64,000 nt of DNA from Pelagomonas calceolata (lineage: Eukaryota): assembly GCA_918797485.1 (NCBI GenBank), contig CAKKNE010000004.1:4836001-4900000 (forward strand), read 5' to 3'. The translations under genes were made by a program, and so were the position numbers. Every line of letters starts with the position of its first letter. Position 1 is the first letter of the stretch. The notes below the pieces were generated by a model. That model searched no databases and was not told the origin of the DNA. It saw only the letters and a list, made by a program, of their open reading frames with translations. Below, in pieces: positions 13,149 to 25,884 of this stretch.

Positions 13149-16100
13149 TCAGGCCATGTCCACGTCCTCGTCGAACTCGGGCAGCGGTCCGAGCCAGTCG
13201 AGCACCAGCTTGTCCGCCGCGCCGTCACTCCCGCGGTCGACGCGGACGCGATATAAGTCGTCTCCGGATAACTGGGGGCACTCCTTGGCGAGGGCTGCTT
13301 TGCGTGCATCCAAATCACCGACAGTCTCGGTCGCGTGCTCACTCGAAATCAACGGTTTGAGTGTATCATCAGCGGCCAGCGACCGCATCGCCTCGACCGC
13401 GGCCCGGCACATCTTGTCCAGCGCTCTGACTCTAAAAGCTTCGGTACCCACCAGCAACCGACACGCGTCGTCATAGGTCGACTTGTTGACGTCGCCGCAG
13501 AGCAGCATGGCCACGAGCTCCAAAAACCCGGCGTAGCCCCGCGACCGCAGCCGCGCCATCTCGCCGTCGGCCTCCAAGTCTTCACTATCCGAACGTACCT
13601 CCTCCTCGACCTCGCACTCGCCGTCGTCGTCGGCCCGGATGGCCTCGAGCACCTGGTGCGGCTCGGCCGCTAGTCTGTCCTGGCGCTCTTTTTCGTTTTC
13701 GCAGAGGCCCTTCGCTTCTAAGAGTCGAGAATAGATCATCTGGTGGAGCCTAGCGAAGACGTAGACCCGTTCATTCGCTAGGGCTACTCCAGTGCCACTG
13801 ACACGACTCGCTGGTCGAGGCGTGAACTTCACGTCTGGAAGGGGCTCCTCCTGACTCGTCTTCTTGCGTTTTTTGCTACCTTTCTTCTTCGTCGGCTTCT
13901 CCTCCTCGACGCTCTCGACGAAGCCCATGTCGAGGTCGTCGAGCGCGAAGACGTCGCTCGGTCTCACGAATTTGGAAGGGCCACTTTCGCCGCGCACCTC
14001 GTAGCAGGCCGTCGGTCGCGCTTCCTCGGCCCGCGCTTCGGAGGCGGCAGTGGCAGAAGCAGCGGCGGCGGCGTTCGCCTCGGCGTCGGCGTTGTCTTGC
14101 GACGACGCGATCGACGCGGCCCTCGACCGGCCGTACGTATCCGCCTCGTTGAGGGGCGCAAACACATCAGGCTCCATCTCCGTGTTCGGCGGCTGGACCG
14201 CATGAAAAGCCAACACGACGGCCTCGCCGCGCATCGTGAGCACGCGAGCCCCTCGAGGTAAAGGCTGGCGATCCCCCTCGGTCAGGACGTGGCCCCCCCG
14301 CGACAGGGACTGGGGCAGGTGCCTCGCGAGCGCTTCCGCCGGTAGTCCATATAAATCATCAACAAAGTCCCGCCACACCTCTCGGGCAATCACCTTTTGC
14401 TCCGCGAGAGGTGTCGACGAGTGTTCGAGGGCCAGCATCAGTAACGACACGACATCTCGCTGCACGCCCCGGTCCGAGACGTCATAAGTCAACTGCGCCG
14501 GCTCTACTGTACGAGTAGGCTCCGTCCCCGCCAGGTCCAGGGCCGGGTCGTCCGCGTGCGGCCGCTCCCGGATCTCCTGAACTAACCATTTGGAAGAACA
14601 GCGCTTCTTGTCGAGGGCCCGCCAGAAGTGGGCCCGATGATCTAAACTCTTCGCGAAGTGGGCCCGCACCTTCCGGCGCCACCGCCGCGCCAAACCCTTC
14701 CGCGCGAGCCGCCACTCGACATCTTTCTCCCGCAGCCTCTTCGCGAGCACGCCCGCGGCGATCTTCGGCGCTTTTCTCAGAGCTGCGAGAGCGTCCACAT
14801 CTCGATCGCCGTAGACCCGACAGAGCGATGCGACGTGGATCGGCGAGAGCCACCTCCTTTGTAGCGCTTCGGAACCCGGTTTGAGGTCATCTAACTCCGT
14901 CGCGCCCTCGAGAAATCTTTCCTGGAGCGCGGTCTGCTCGCGCTTGCGCTCCTCGCGCTCGAGCCTTTCCTTCTTTTGCGCTTCAGTTTCTTCAGCTTCA
15001 TCGGTAGGCGGGACCGGAGAAGGGCTTCTACGTTTCGGCCGCTGTTTACTCCCGACGGCCTGGCGCTTCGACGGCGGCGGACTCTCGTCGCGCTTGCGCG
15101 CCCGCTTCTTCTTGCCTGCGTGTCGAAATGACGTCATCGTGCGATGGAGGCGTAAGACGGGACGCCGCAGTCTACCTCGCTTCTTGTCGCGCTCGTCGTC
15201 GTCCATCGGGATCACCTCCACGGGGATGTCGATGGCGCCCGTCTTCCAGTCGACACTGGCCGGTTCTGGCTCCGACGCGATGGCTTCGAGAGCGGTCGCC
15301 GTCGCGGCGTTGGCGCCGACGATCATGTCGATCTCGAAGTGCTCGTCCTCGGTCTTGAAGAGCTGCTCCTCGTGGGCGTTCCTTCGTAACTGTAATTGAC
15401 TAAAATTGCCGTCCTCGCTCCCGACGGCGACGCTGACCCAGTCGTCGTTGAGCACGGAGGCATCTAGTTCACTACGATGACTACAGACGGGCCTTGGCAC
15501 ACTCTCCGGCAGTCGTCGGTAGGAGGGCGTCCGTCGCAACTCGAAGGGCGAGTCGTCGCCGAAATCTAGCTCCGACAAAGGTAACGACGTCCAATCTCCT
15601 AAAGTTTGTTGCCTACCACTTGCAACTTTCGCCGCCTTACGTAACGCCCGTTCGCCGCTGTTCAAAGATTGATCATCATCATCATCGTCGTTGGGCGGCG
15701 GCGTCCGCCGACCGCCGGCCCTTGTAGAGGGCTTCGCCGTCAATGCAGCTTGCGCGGCCACACCTCTCGTCGTCATCACGGCATCGGGTTCGTCCTCCTT
15801 GTCCTCCTCGTCGTTCGAGTCGGAGTCGTCGAGGACGTAGCGCGGCCGCCTCGCGACGCCCACGTACTGGAGAGGATCATCATCAGGATCGACCTCCACG
15901 CGACGACCGGGGTGGGCCGCCCTTCGGGCAAGGGCGTACGCGGCATCCGCCCACTCGCCTGTCGGGCCGATCCTCGCGCTCCGACGACAGAGCATGGCCA
16001 CGTCTCCTACTAAGCGAGAACCCCTAGAATGACCGCGGCCCCAGTCCACGACGCGGTCGACGACATCCGACAGGAGTTGTTCAAAGGCCTCGGACGAAAG

Positions 16101-18091
16101 GGCACCCTTGCTGACCGCATCCAAGCCTCGCAGGACACAGCGCCAGGCGTACAACCGCTCGCGCTCCATTGTTGTTGTGGGTACATCAGCTACTAAATGA
16201 GGTACGAGCTTGCTTTCCTCTTCAGACAACATAACGGGATCGGGGTATTTTAACGAAGGCATCGGCGCGTCCTTCTTCTCCATGGTACTGTTGTCCGGGG
16301 CCAGGTCCGGATCTAGCTGTGCTTTCGCGTCGGCGGCGACGGCGGCCGCGACGGCGTCGGCGGCGGGATCCGCCGGCTCCACAGGAGGAGCCGGTGTCGG
16401 CGGGTTCTCGCGAAACGCCTTCTCCGCCGCAGCCACGGCGTCCTTGCACCGCTGCACGACGTCCTCGGTCCCGCCCAACCGCTCTTCTAGTGTTTTTGGC
16501 GGGTCCCCTTCCCGCAAATGTTTATATTTACCCCTCCGCAAAAACTTGTCCATGTCGTCCTGCTCCTCTTCTTCGGTCTTGAAGTAGCCCTCCTCCTCGG
16601 CCGTGGGTAACGCATCTACTTCTTTTCGGTCCTCTTCTGTTAACGAAGCATACGTCGCGTCGACCGGGAGCGGTCTTCTCACTTTGTACCGCGGGTCGCC
16701 GAAGGAACTTCTACCGTAGGGCACCAGGGCGTCCTTCAGGGTGCCCAGCGTCTTCGCTAAGTGCGAACCGCGCTGCTTCTGCCGCGTGCCGTCCGACGCG
16801 CCGTCTCCTATCAATGCATATCTTAATCTCCGCAACACGGCAGCCTCGTCCTGGCGCTGGGACGCGGAGTTCGTGAGGCCTAAGTGGGCGAAGCGCCGTT
16901 TCTTCGCCGCGAGCAGGTCTTCTTGGGCGCATAATTGCGCGTGCTTCGCCTCATCTCGGAGCTCAGGCAACGACATGTGGCCCGCCGGTCTTACCGGATT
17001 GCGGTAGCGCCCTTGGTTTCTTGTTTGCGGTTGCCCTAGGATGCGTCGGTCTAGATTTCTATCTCCTCTCGAGGCTCCCGCAGTTGTGGCATAGGGTCGG
17101 GAATAATCACTAGATTGCGAGGCCTGGGCGGTTCTTCTGGAGCCGCGGCCGCCGCGGCCGCCTCTTGTCGAACGTGTCCCGCGCCCACCCCGCCGATAGC
17201 CGCCGGGGTTCCGCTGCTCCGCGTCGGCTGCCGCTCGTTGTAGAAATAACCGTTGCGCCGGTTCGATCGCGGCGTCCGGCAGGAAGTACGTGAACTCTCG
17301 CAACAAATCGGCGTGGTCCTTGAAGAGCTCCGCGACGCGTCGCAACACCTCCTGGATGCCCTTCTGCTCCCGCTGATACGTATGTAAAACTTCCAAGAAC
17401 GCCTTGTAGGTCTCCGGCTGGTGCTCGAAGCGCTTCTTGATGGCCGTGACGTAGGCGATGGCGTTGTCGAACTCCACCGGTTGTCGCGGCGGGTCCTCGA
17501 CGGGCGCTCTAGCCGGTCGTCGCGCGGGCGCGCGCGGCCGCGGCGCCGGCGGCGCCGGGGCCGCCTGCTGCCCTCGAGGTACGGCGTTGACCTGGCCCCG
17601 GAGCTGCTCTCGCAGGTGTTCCGGGACTTCGATCTTGTAGCCCTCCGGTAAAAAGGTGTTGAAGCCGTAAATCAGCTTGCCGTAGCCTTCAAAAAGAGTA
17701 CTCACGCGCCGGATCACGCCGGGCGTGTCGATCTGCTGGCTCTTGAAGGACTTCATGATCTCGAGGAATTCGTTGTAGATCTCGGGCTCGTCCCCAAATT
17801 CGGCCTTGACCTGGTCCAGGTAGAGCAGCGCGTCCTCGACCTGCGTGTGCGTGGGGTTTCGGCCAAAAACGTCGGCGTCGGCCCGCGCGGACGCGTATAT
17901 CTCTGGCGCCGGCCAGCGAGGGGCGCGGCGCGGGCCGTGCGGGGCGGTCTCCGGGGCAACATTCCGGCTTTGGGCGACGGTCGAGCGGGAGGGACGGGGC
18001 ACGGGCGGGAGTGGCCGCCGGGGGTCCGGGGGGTCACGGGACGCGGCCGGCGCACCTTGAGCTCCCTCATGCCTTGCGGACGGGCGGCCAT
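13149..18091 (-). CDS. SIN3: SIN3-like paired amphipathic helix corepressor scaffold (~1,575 aa; one intron, 17841-18055)
   Basis: A GT-AG intron joins [20 protein letters not shown]1 ([12 protein letters not shown]...[10 protein letters not shown]), PAH2 ([15 protein letters not shown]...EFTYFLP), HDAC-interaction region (TPSYRRLP...VLNDDWVSV...[15 protein letters not shown]) and C-terminal [14 protein letters not shown]. Start is ATG 18091 or 18070. Confidence 0.9.
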
Positions 18092-19031
18092 GGTCTGAAC
18101 TGGTGGCTCTTGCGCTTTTCTTGCGGGGTCGTCCGCGCTGCTTGAAAACACCCCTGGTGTTGGCGGGGGCTTGGCTAGGGGCCTCTGAGCGACCCAAGAT
18201 GGCTCTCGGGCACCGTCGGGGAGCTGGGCGCGCAAATCCAGGCGAACTGAAAGCGCCTCTGGTCTCGCCCCGTCTTGCGCCCGTCAGCAATTGCTAATTG
18301 CGGCGAGCGGCTTGCTGGCAGTCACAGGCCTTTTTGTGGCCCTGCCTAGCTTTACGGGCGCGTCGGTACCGCGTTGCAACCCGCAAATGGCTCGAATTTG
18401 CCGAGTCCGCAACTCGCGCCGCAACACGCACCGAATTTGACGCGGAGTTGCCAGTACCTTCAAATCGGTAAACTGAGCGAGAGCTGAAGCCGCCAGTTGC
18501 TGCGGCTTTGTGTTGCCGTAATCGCACGCTAAATTGGGCCGCCGAGTCTGCGGCTTGCTATGGGCCGTCCGGTCCGGGTCGGTAGATTTCCACCGCACGC
18601 TTCTGATGTCATGCGTGGCCGTGCGCGTTTAGAGATGGGAAGAAACTGAAAAAAATAGTAGCGGGTCACAATATGATAGGTAATATATAGTGTAACTAGG
18701 ACAACGCGAAAAAACCTAAGCGACGAAGGAAAAACGACGCCAGTGACCATCCGCCAGCCAATACGCGTCGATCCCGCGCCGAAATTCTGGGCGAAAAAAA
18801 TTCCGAGTGGGCACCGCTCCAAGTGCCGCTCCGGACGCCATGGACGCCGACGCCCCAGTCTAACGCCCCAGGACTCATCTAGAATTTTCTGCTTTAGTAG
18901 GGGATGTGATTGCCGGGTCCGGACGTAGTGTGGAACGCGCCGCCGTGTTTCGGGCGACGCCAGCAGTGTGCGAGCCGCGACACTGTCGTACGGCAGGGGG
19001 AGGGGGGGGATTTGCGTCACGAGATCGGCGA

Positions 19032-20219
19032 TTACGTTCGGCGAGGAATGTCGACGGTCCAGGTCTTGTCGAAGACGACGTCGCAGCTCGCGTCGTCGTC
19101 GGCGAGCGAATCTGTAGAAGCGGCGACGAGCTGGTCCGACGTGAGGCGCTGCCGGTCCGCGAGCCGCGCGACGACGCGCTGCTCTAGTCGATATTGAGTC
19201 TCCGTAACATGTAAAGTGGAATGGACGCGCACGGAGGCGCCCGTCGCGGCGTCCGTCGCGGCGTCGACACTCGTCGCGTGCCAGGCCGCCCTTGAAGCTA
19301 CATGGACGTGACTCCGGCCATCCTTGGCGAGCGAGATCTTCTCCCGCGTCGCCTCGCCGACCTCCAAGAGCGGCGCGGAGCCCGACGACGCCAATTTGCG
19401 GCAGCCGAAGTCGTCCTGGAGGACGACGGCCGCCGCGTCTTTTGCGGACGCCTCGGCGGCGCGGCGCGCGCGGACGCGCGTGGGGGCTCGGATGGTCCTC
19501 GCCTCGAGGCCGGCGCCGTCGGCCGGCGTTCTGAACGCAGGCGGCGGCGGCGCGTCTCGTACTTGATTTTTAGATGGGAGTTGTACCGAACCGCCCAAAA
19601 TCTCGATGGCGGCAAGGGGGTCGGCCTCTGAAGTTTTGGGCGGCGGCGGGAACGAGGGCCAGTCCCAGCGCTGTAGGACAATGCGCCAGCGGTCGCCCGG
19701 GGCCAGCTTCGCGGCGCAAAACCCCAGCTCGACCTTGATCTGAGCAGAGGTGACGTCGGCGACGCCGCTGCCCACTCTGATTGATTCGCCCGTGGCCGCG
19801 ACTCGTTGTAAACGCGCGTGGACGCGGCCCGCGTTCGCGCCGCGCAGGCGCAACGTTACCGAAGGCACGCCGAAGACAATAGGCGAAGCATCAATTGGCG
19901 CATCGAAGGCCGCACTCCAAGCCGCGGCGTCGGCGTCTCTATGATCACCCGCGAGGTCGTGGACCCGTCCCAAATGGGCGAACGCGCCGGCTCTTGATAA
20001 AGGATCGGCTCGACAAGCATCCGCGAAGGCTTGAGAACCGCCCTTGCCGACGACCGCGATTGTATGAGCGCCGTTCGGTGCTACAGGTCCAGAAAGGAGC
20101 CGTCCGTCGGCCGCTAATGAGAACGTTGCTGTATCAACGTTTGACAAAGCTCGAGTAAGGCCCTGCTGATCCGACAGCCACGCGCCGGCGTTGCGAGATG
20201 ATAATAGAGACACCAAGCA

Positions 20220-20250
<31 letters not shown>

Positions 20251-23200
20251 TTCGAGGAACTACAGTGCGCCCTAACCCAGCCTAAAGCCAACCGCGGAAA
20301 GTCCGCCCGCGGCCCGCAGTCCATCGCCGAGGCGTGCGGGAAGCCGTGCGACCAGGGCCCTATCATCGTCGCGTTATTGATGCCTCTTCTATCAAGTGAA
20401 GCACACAGCTCGGGGATGGAATCCACATAACCGCCGCCCCGCAGGCACCCGATGGAAAACACCGGTACCTTCACGTCGTCGGCCTTGGGCGAGCCGACGC
20501 GCCAGTAGTCCTTATTGGATACATCCGCCCTTAACCAAGCGGCCTCGGCGGGCTCGCCCAAGGCTTGTAACCGGGACAACCACTGGCGGCGCCAATCCTT
20601 ACCATGCAGTAAAGGCGGTCTAGCTTGCACGATCGAAAACCACGCGCCCCAGGAGTGCTGCTCCGCGAGCACGCAGCCCTGCTTCTTGTGCATATCATCT
20701 AATTCGCGTCGGTGCGTCGCGGAGCACGCGATGACCGCTTTTAGTGCGGAAGGCGGTTGCGGTAGAGCGGCAACTTGCAAGGCCACGAAGCCGGCCCAGG
20801 AGGCGCCCACTAAAACGGCGTCGCCCGAGCACCAATTTTGCGAAGCCAGTTCTTGTACGACAAAGGCAGCGTCGTTCACTTGATCATCTTCATATTCGTT
20901 GGCAGGCGGCGCTCCCTGAGAGTCGCCGATACCTCGAGGGTCCGCGCGCGCGACGGCGACGCCTCGAGCCGCGAGATAGGGCCACGTCGCCGCGTCCTGC
21001 TCCGCCGTCGCATCTGAAAATCGATAAGGCTCGAAGCAGACCACGACCGGGAACTTTCCAGCAGCGTCGGGGCGCCAGAGTCTTACTCTAAGATCGCCGA
21101 CACTCACATCGGTACACGTCCACTCGAAGAGCGGCGGGTCGTCCTCGTCCACGTCCGAATAGTCCTGGCTCTCGGCCCGCTCTCTCCGCTTCTGGCGCTT
21201 ATTGCTGGCTACCTTCGCCAAAGAAGCCAGATCTGGCGCGGCGAACAGGTCGGCCAGCTCCAATTGCACGCCGAGGAACTTGACGGAGCGTCGCGCCGCC
21301 TGCACGGCAACTAACGAATTGCCCCCAACATTCGTGAACGAGTCCAACCGCCCGACGGGCCGAGCCGGCGGTAGATCCAGCACGGCCCGCCACAGCGCCT
21401 CGACGGCTCTTTCATCATCTGTGGAAGGTGCGCCGCCCGTGGCCTCGGCTCCAAAAGTTCTTGAGGCTCGTCCGCCGCCCGCCGGCGGTGCTGGTAGAGC
21501 CTTCCGATCGACTTTGCCATTGCCCGTCATTGGTAAACGGGGAACGGCGGCGAAGCGCGCCGGCACCATGTAGCGCGGTAATGCGGCTTCTAATGAACTT
21601 CTTAGTGATGCCTCGAGTTCGGGTTCCAAGTGGGCCGCTGCAGGTGGTGCTTTCAGAGCCTCTTCACCGGCGAACTCCTCGGCGTCGCAGGCCGCTTTCC
21701 GTTCCTTGGACCGCAGGTGGTTCGTGTACGTCTCCCACGGCCTCGGGGACGCGCCGGGCGTTCTCAGTCGTTCCGCGCAGAGCTGGGCGACCGCCGGATA
21801 CCTGAGTTTCGCTTTGCCCGGTTTCTCGCCCTTCTGGCGTTTGACGAAGAGGACATCCAACGAAGCACCCGCGGCGCACGCGCCCGGCGCGGCCACGCCC
21901 GCACTTCTACAAGCGGCCACGTCGTAGCCTAGGGATTCGCCGAGCTCGTAGAGATCGTCCGGTTCCAGACCACCTTGCATTCGGGCTCGCTTCGACGCCT
22001 CCTTCGCAACGGCCTCGGCCTTCTCGAGGGACCCGCGTTGGGACGTCTCCACGCTATTCAATAATTCCCGTTCGAAGGCGAGGCGCGCGTCCGGCGCCGC
22101 CGCGATGTATAACGTTTCCGGTCCCTCTTCTAGTCTACTTCTTAACTGATCAATAGAGTGCTTCGAGGCGTCGTAGAGCTCGCAAGGCGCAACGGCCTTC
22201 ACACAGGTGGAAGGAGCACCGGGCCCCGCCTTGTACAACCACACGTCGCCCCGGAACCCGGCGAACTCCGACCGCACGCGCCCTCGTTTGATTTCGACGT
22301 CGACGCGCACGCAGTCGGGAAATTCTCCCCTTGATAGTGCGTCGACGAAGAGCCGCGGATCTAATAAAAGCTCCTTCTCGCGCGCGTAAGATCTACGAGC
22401 CAGCACATTCAGCTCCGTCACCGAGATATCTAGTGAGGGACAAGCGCAGTCGCCGCCACAAGACGTCAATTTTTGGTCCGGAGCTGCGGCTCGTCTAGCC
22501 CTTGCTAGTGCAAGAGCACAGTGGAACGGCGCCGCGACGCCACGATCCCGAAAATCCCCGAGAAAGCACACCCCACCGGGCGCGCACGCTTTCAACATGG
22601 ACTCGCAGACTCTCAGAGTATAGCGAGCGGAGGGAAAGTACATGGCCACTCCGTTGCAAACGATCGCGTCACATCTTTCGGAAGCAAATTTATGCGCGTC
22701 ATGAGCGCCGCACTTCGCTAGTTTCAATTTGTGGCCCGCATCTTTATATACCTTGAGATTTGGCGCCGTCGCGGTCGTCACGCCTCGGACGTACTCCAGA
22801 GCCGTGCCACTGAGATCCGTACCCACGTACCTCTGGCACGTGTCCTTCACGAGGCACCGCAGCAGAATCATGCCGTTGCCGCAACCTAGTTCCAGGACCC
22901 GCGTCGGTGAGAGCTGTTCCACTCTCTGAACCGTGAAGTCCGCCCACTCGTCGACCGTGTGGGGCACGTGGACGTCGCCGGGGTTGAAGGAGTCCGCATA
23001 TCCACTATAATTGAGAGCCGGGTCCTCCGTGACCGCATCAGCGGCGGCATAAGCGGAGTCGTACACCGCCCCCCACTCCTCCACAACTCCATCATCTTGA
23101 TCGTCCTCCTCCTCCTCGTCCACTTCATCGCCCCCTTCCAACTCCTCGGCGCCGTAGTCGCCGCCCCAGGCCGGTCGAGGTACTACATAGCCTACGAGTT

Positions 23201-25442
23201 CCTTCTCGCCGCCCTTGGTCGGTGTCCTCGGTGCTACCGCCGCCGCGTCGACCGACGGTAAGGCGCTTAGCGCCGCTTCCACGTCACCGAGCTCAATGCG
23301 GAAGCCCCTAATCTTCACCTGGGCGTCGAGTCTCCCTAAACACTCGATTCTGCCACAAGGCAGTCTCACGCATAAGTCGCCCGTCCGGTACAAGCGATCT
23401 CTGAGTTCAGCAGGGTGGCCTTCAGGAGCCCACTCCTCGAATCCAAAGCCCGTCGTATTCTCTACAAATCTCCCTTGCGAGAGGTCCTCCCTTCGTAAAT
23501 AGCCCGGGGAGAGACCAGCTCCACCCAAAGCCAGCTCGCCGGGCACGCCCACCGGCAGGATCCTTCCAGCACTATCGACGACGTGCGCCGTGTTGTTGCG
23601 GCACGGGCGGCCCACGCACCCGACGGGGTACGGAGAAGGAGCTTCCACTTCATGCCGCGTCGACCAGATCGTGCACTCCGTGGGGCCGTAGACGTTTAAT
23701 AGGCGTCTAACGCGGGGCCGCAATTGTCCAGCTAGATCCGCCGGTAAAGCCTCGCCCCCACACAAGGCGACGACGCGATCCGGGGCGCCCATCCACCCAT
23801 TTGCCACCAGTAAACGCCACGACGCCGGCGTCGCTTGGAGCACATCTACATCGAAGCGCCTCACTAAACCCGCTAATGCTGACGGATCTCTAGCTTCCTC
23901 GGCCGAAGCGACGACGACTCGCGCTCCACACGTCAAAGGTAAAAACAGCTCCAGCCCGCTGATGTCGAAACACACGGTCGTAACGGCTAGCAACGTGCCC
24001 TGGGACCCGGGCAACTCCTCATTTAACAAGCCGCCCGACGTCGCCCTCCGAAACGCCCGTTCCGCGCCGCCTTCGTCGAGCGTGTCCGACCCCTTCAACA
24101 GGCAAGAGGCTCTTGATCTTAACGCGACGGCGGGCCTCGCAGCGTCGCCCGGCCGTAATTCCGGCAGGTCGTCCAGAAAACTTTTTAGTAAGTTCGTAAG
24201 GGAGCCGTGTGTGATGGGCACGCCCTTAGGGCGGCCCGTAGAGCCGGACGTGAAGAGGCAGTAGGCCAGGTCGTCCCGGCCCGGTTGGATCTGGGCCAGG
24301 TCCTTGCCGAACCAGCGCTCCGTCGGAGATAAAGCATCAGCCAATACGGGAGCCTCGCCCTCGGATTGTATGGTTTCGAGGTGCAAGGCCGGCATGGAGG
24401 GGATGCGGGTGGACGTCAGAGCGGCGTTTCCAATAACACACTTCGCCCGCGAGTCCTCGAGCATGGCCTCCAATCTTGACGTCGGGTAGACGGCGTCTAA
24501 CGGGACATAGGCGGCGCCCGCGGCGTTCACTCCTAGTAACGCCGCGACTAAATCCGGTCCTCGCTCGCAGAGCACGCCGCAAAAATCGCCCTTGCCCACG
24601 TTATAATCACTGCGTAATCTTCGAGCGATGCTCCCCGCCGCCCTTAGTAGTCGACCGTAGGACCAGCTTTGATCCGCGTCGGCGACGGCCTCGGCGCGAC
24701 CGTCGCCGGCCGCGGCCGCGACGACGGCGGGCAGGCCCCGCATGTCTACCGGTGCAGGCGCCGGCTGCCAGTCCACCAGTAAGCGCTCCCGTTCCCGCGC
24801 CGGCAGGTATTCCAGAGAAGCAGATGAGCCGCCCTTCACCAAGGCGTCGAGCGCCCCGGCGAGATGGGCCGCCAATCTATCCGCCGCATCTAGGTCGCCC
24901 TTGGGGCACGCCGCGCGCGCGACCCGGACGATACCAGGTCCGAACGCGACAAGCCACTGCGCGTCTTTCGCGCGCTGCGACGCCCACTGCTTGAAACTGC
25001 GGTCGTCTATGGAACCGACCCTCAACAAAATGGCCGGCCGCGGCCTGTGCACCTCGTCGCGCACGGCGCTTGATAACGCGCTCCGGGCCGATGCGCGCCA
25101 GCTCGCGGCCGTCTCCGGGATGTCTTCGGACAGCGCGAGGGCCTCGTCATCGATCACGATCAAAACGTCGGCCCTTCCAACATAGCGCCACGTTAGATAA
25201 CTACAGGCCGCGACGGCGTCTTCCACGGAGGGCGCGCGCGCGTCGTCCCTCCGGTAGAAGCCGCAGGTCGGATTGGAATCGTTGACGCCGAGGCCGCCGG
25301 GCAGCACGTGGAGTTCGCCGTTCTTGCGGGCGCGCTCATATAAAGCGGAGCCGTCTTTCGGGCTGCCAATCATGGGCGGTGGGGGCGGCGAGCTGGGGCT
25401 CGGGGGCGCCGGCTTCGGCTTGTGGTGGCCGTTGAGGACCAT
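19032..25442 (-). CDS. Single-module NRPS-like protein: vestigial C - adenylation (Gly-type code) with embedded N-methyltransferase - T (PCP) - CocE/NonD (peptidase S15-like) hydrolase
   Basis: A-domain cores YCLFTSGSTGRPKG, FDIS, NVYGPTE, GELALGG..GY, YRTGD, GRLDAQVKIRGFRIELG, LPRYMVP and NGKVDRK. SAM motif VLELGCGNG lies between A8 and A9. Carrier motif FTNVGGNSL. Hydrolase motifs DPRGIGDSQG, GASWAG and GPWSHG. First ATG at 25442. Confidence 0.9.
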
Positions 25443-25669
25443 GGCTTGCTCTCTGTTGCGCAATTGCTTGCGCTAGAGGCTGCCCTTCACTGTAATCGAG
25501 AGCTGCAATAAAGCAGGAGAAGCGGAGAGGGAAGCTCGCACGCTCCCCCGGGTCTTAATTCCCGCAGAGGAGGACGCTAGGTCTCCGGCGAGGTTGCAAT
25601 CCAGCCCGTGATTCCTGTGGAGACGGGTCCGCAAGTTTTTTTTCGGTGCGGGTTTTCATCGCTTCGCGC

Positions 25670-25820
25670 CCCAGCCCTGGGCAGCGGCTCCGCCCACTAG
25701 TCCTAGCATCATCACAGAAACCCTTCCCCCCACTCGTCCTAGTACCAGAGCCACCGACGACGGACGCGCGGTGTTTCCCCCCCAGCCGTGGGCAGGGGCT
25801 CCGCCCACTAATCCTAGCAC
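25670..25820. repeat. Two ~40-bp imperfect direct repeats plus a partial third copy, between the PDI-like stop and the NRPS start
   Basis: cccagccctgggcagcggctccgcccactagtcctagca (~25670) versus cccagccgtgggcaggggctccgcccactaatcctagca (~25781); partial ccccactcgtcctagta (~25728). Confidence 0.7.
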
Positions 25821-25884
25821 CGTAACAACACCACGGGCGAGCGAGCAATAGATATATAAACTTACTTCGCGGAGATTTGCGCTC

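Noticed and set aside
17841..18290. N-terminal extension of SIN3 shown in the ORF track
   Set aside because: It uses a non-ATG start and reads through the 17841-18055 intron; the spliced MRELK|VEDAL start fits PAH1.
18294..19020. Short ORFs between SIN3 and the NRPS-like gene
   Set aside because: They show no recognisable motifs and overlap probable promoter and 3' UTR sequence.
19032..25442. Lack of introns as evidence of recent horizontal transfer
   Set aside because: Adjacent ordinary eukaryotic genes are also intronless and look compositionally similar; only phylogeny can decide.
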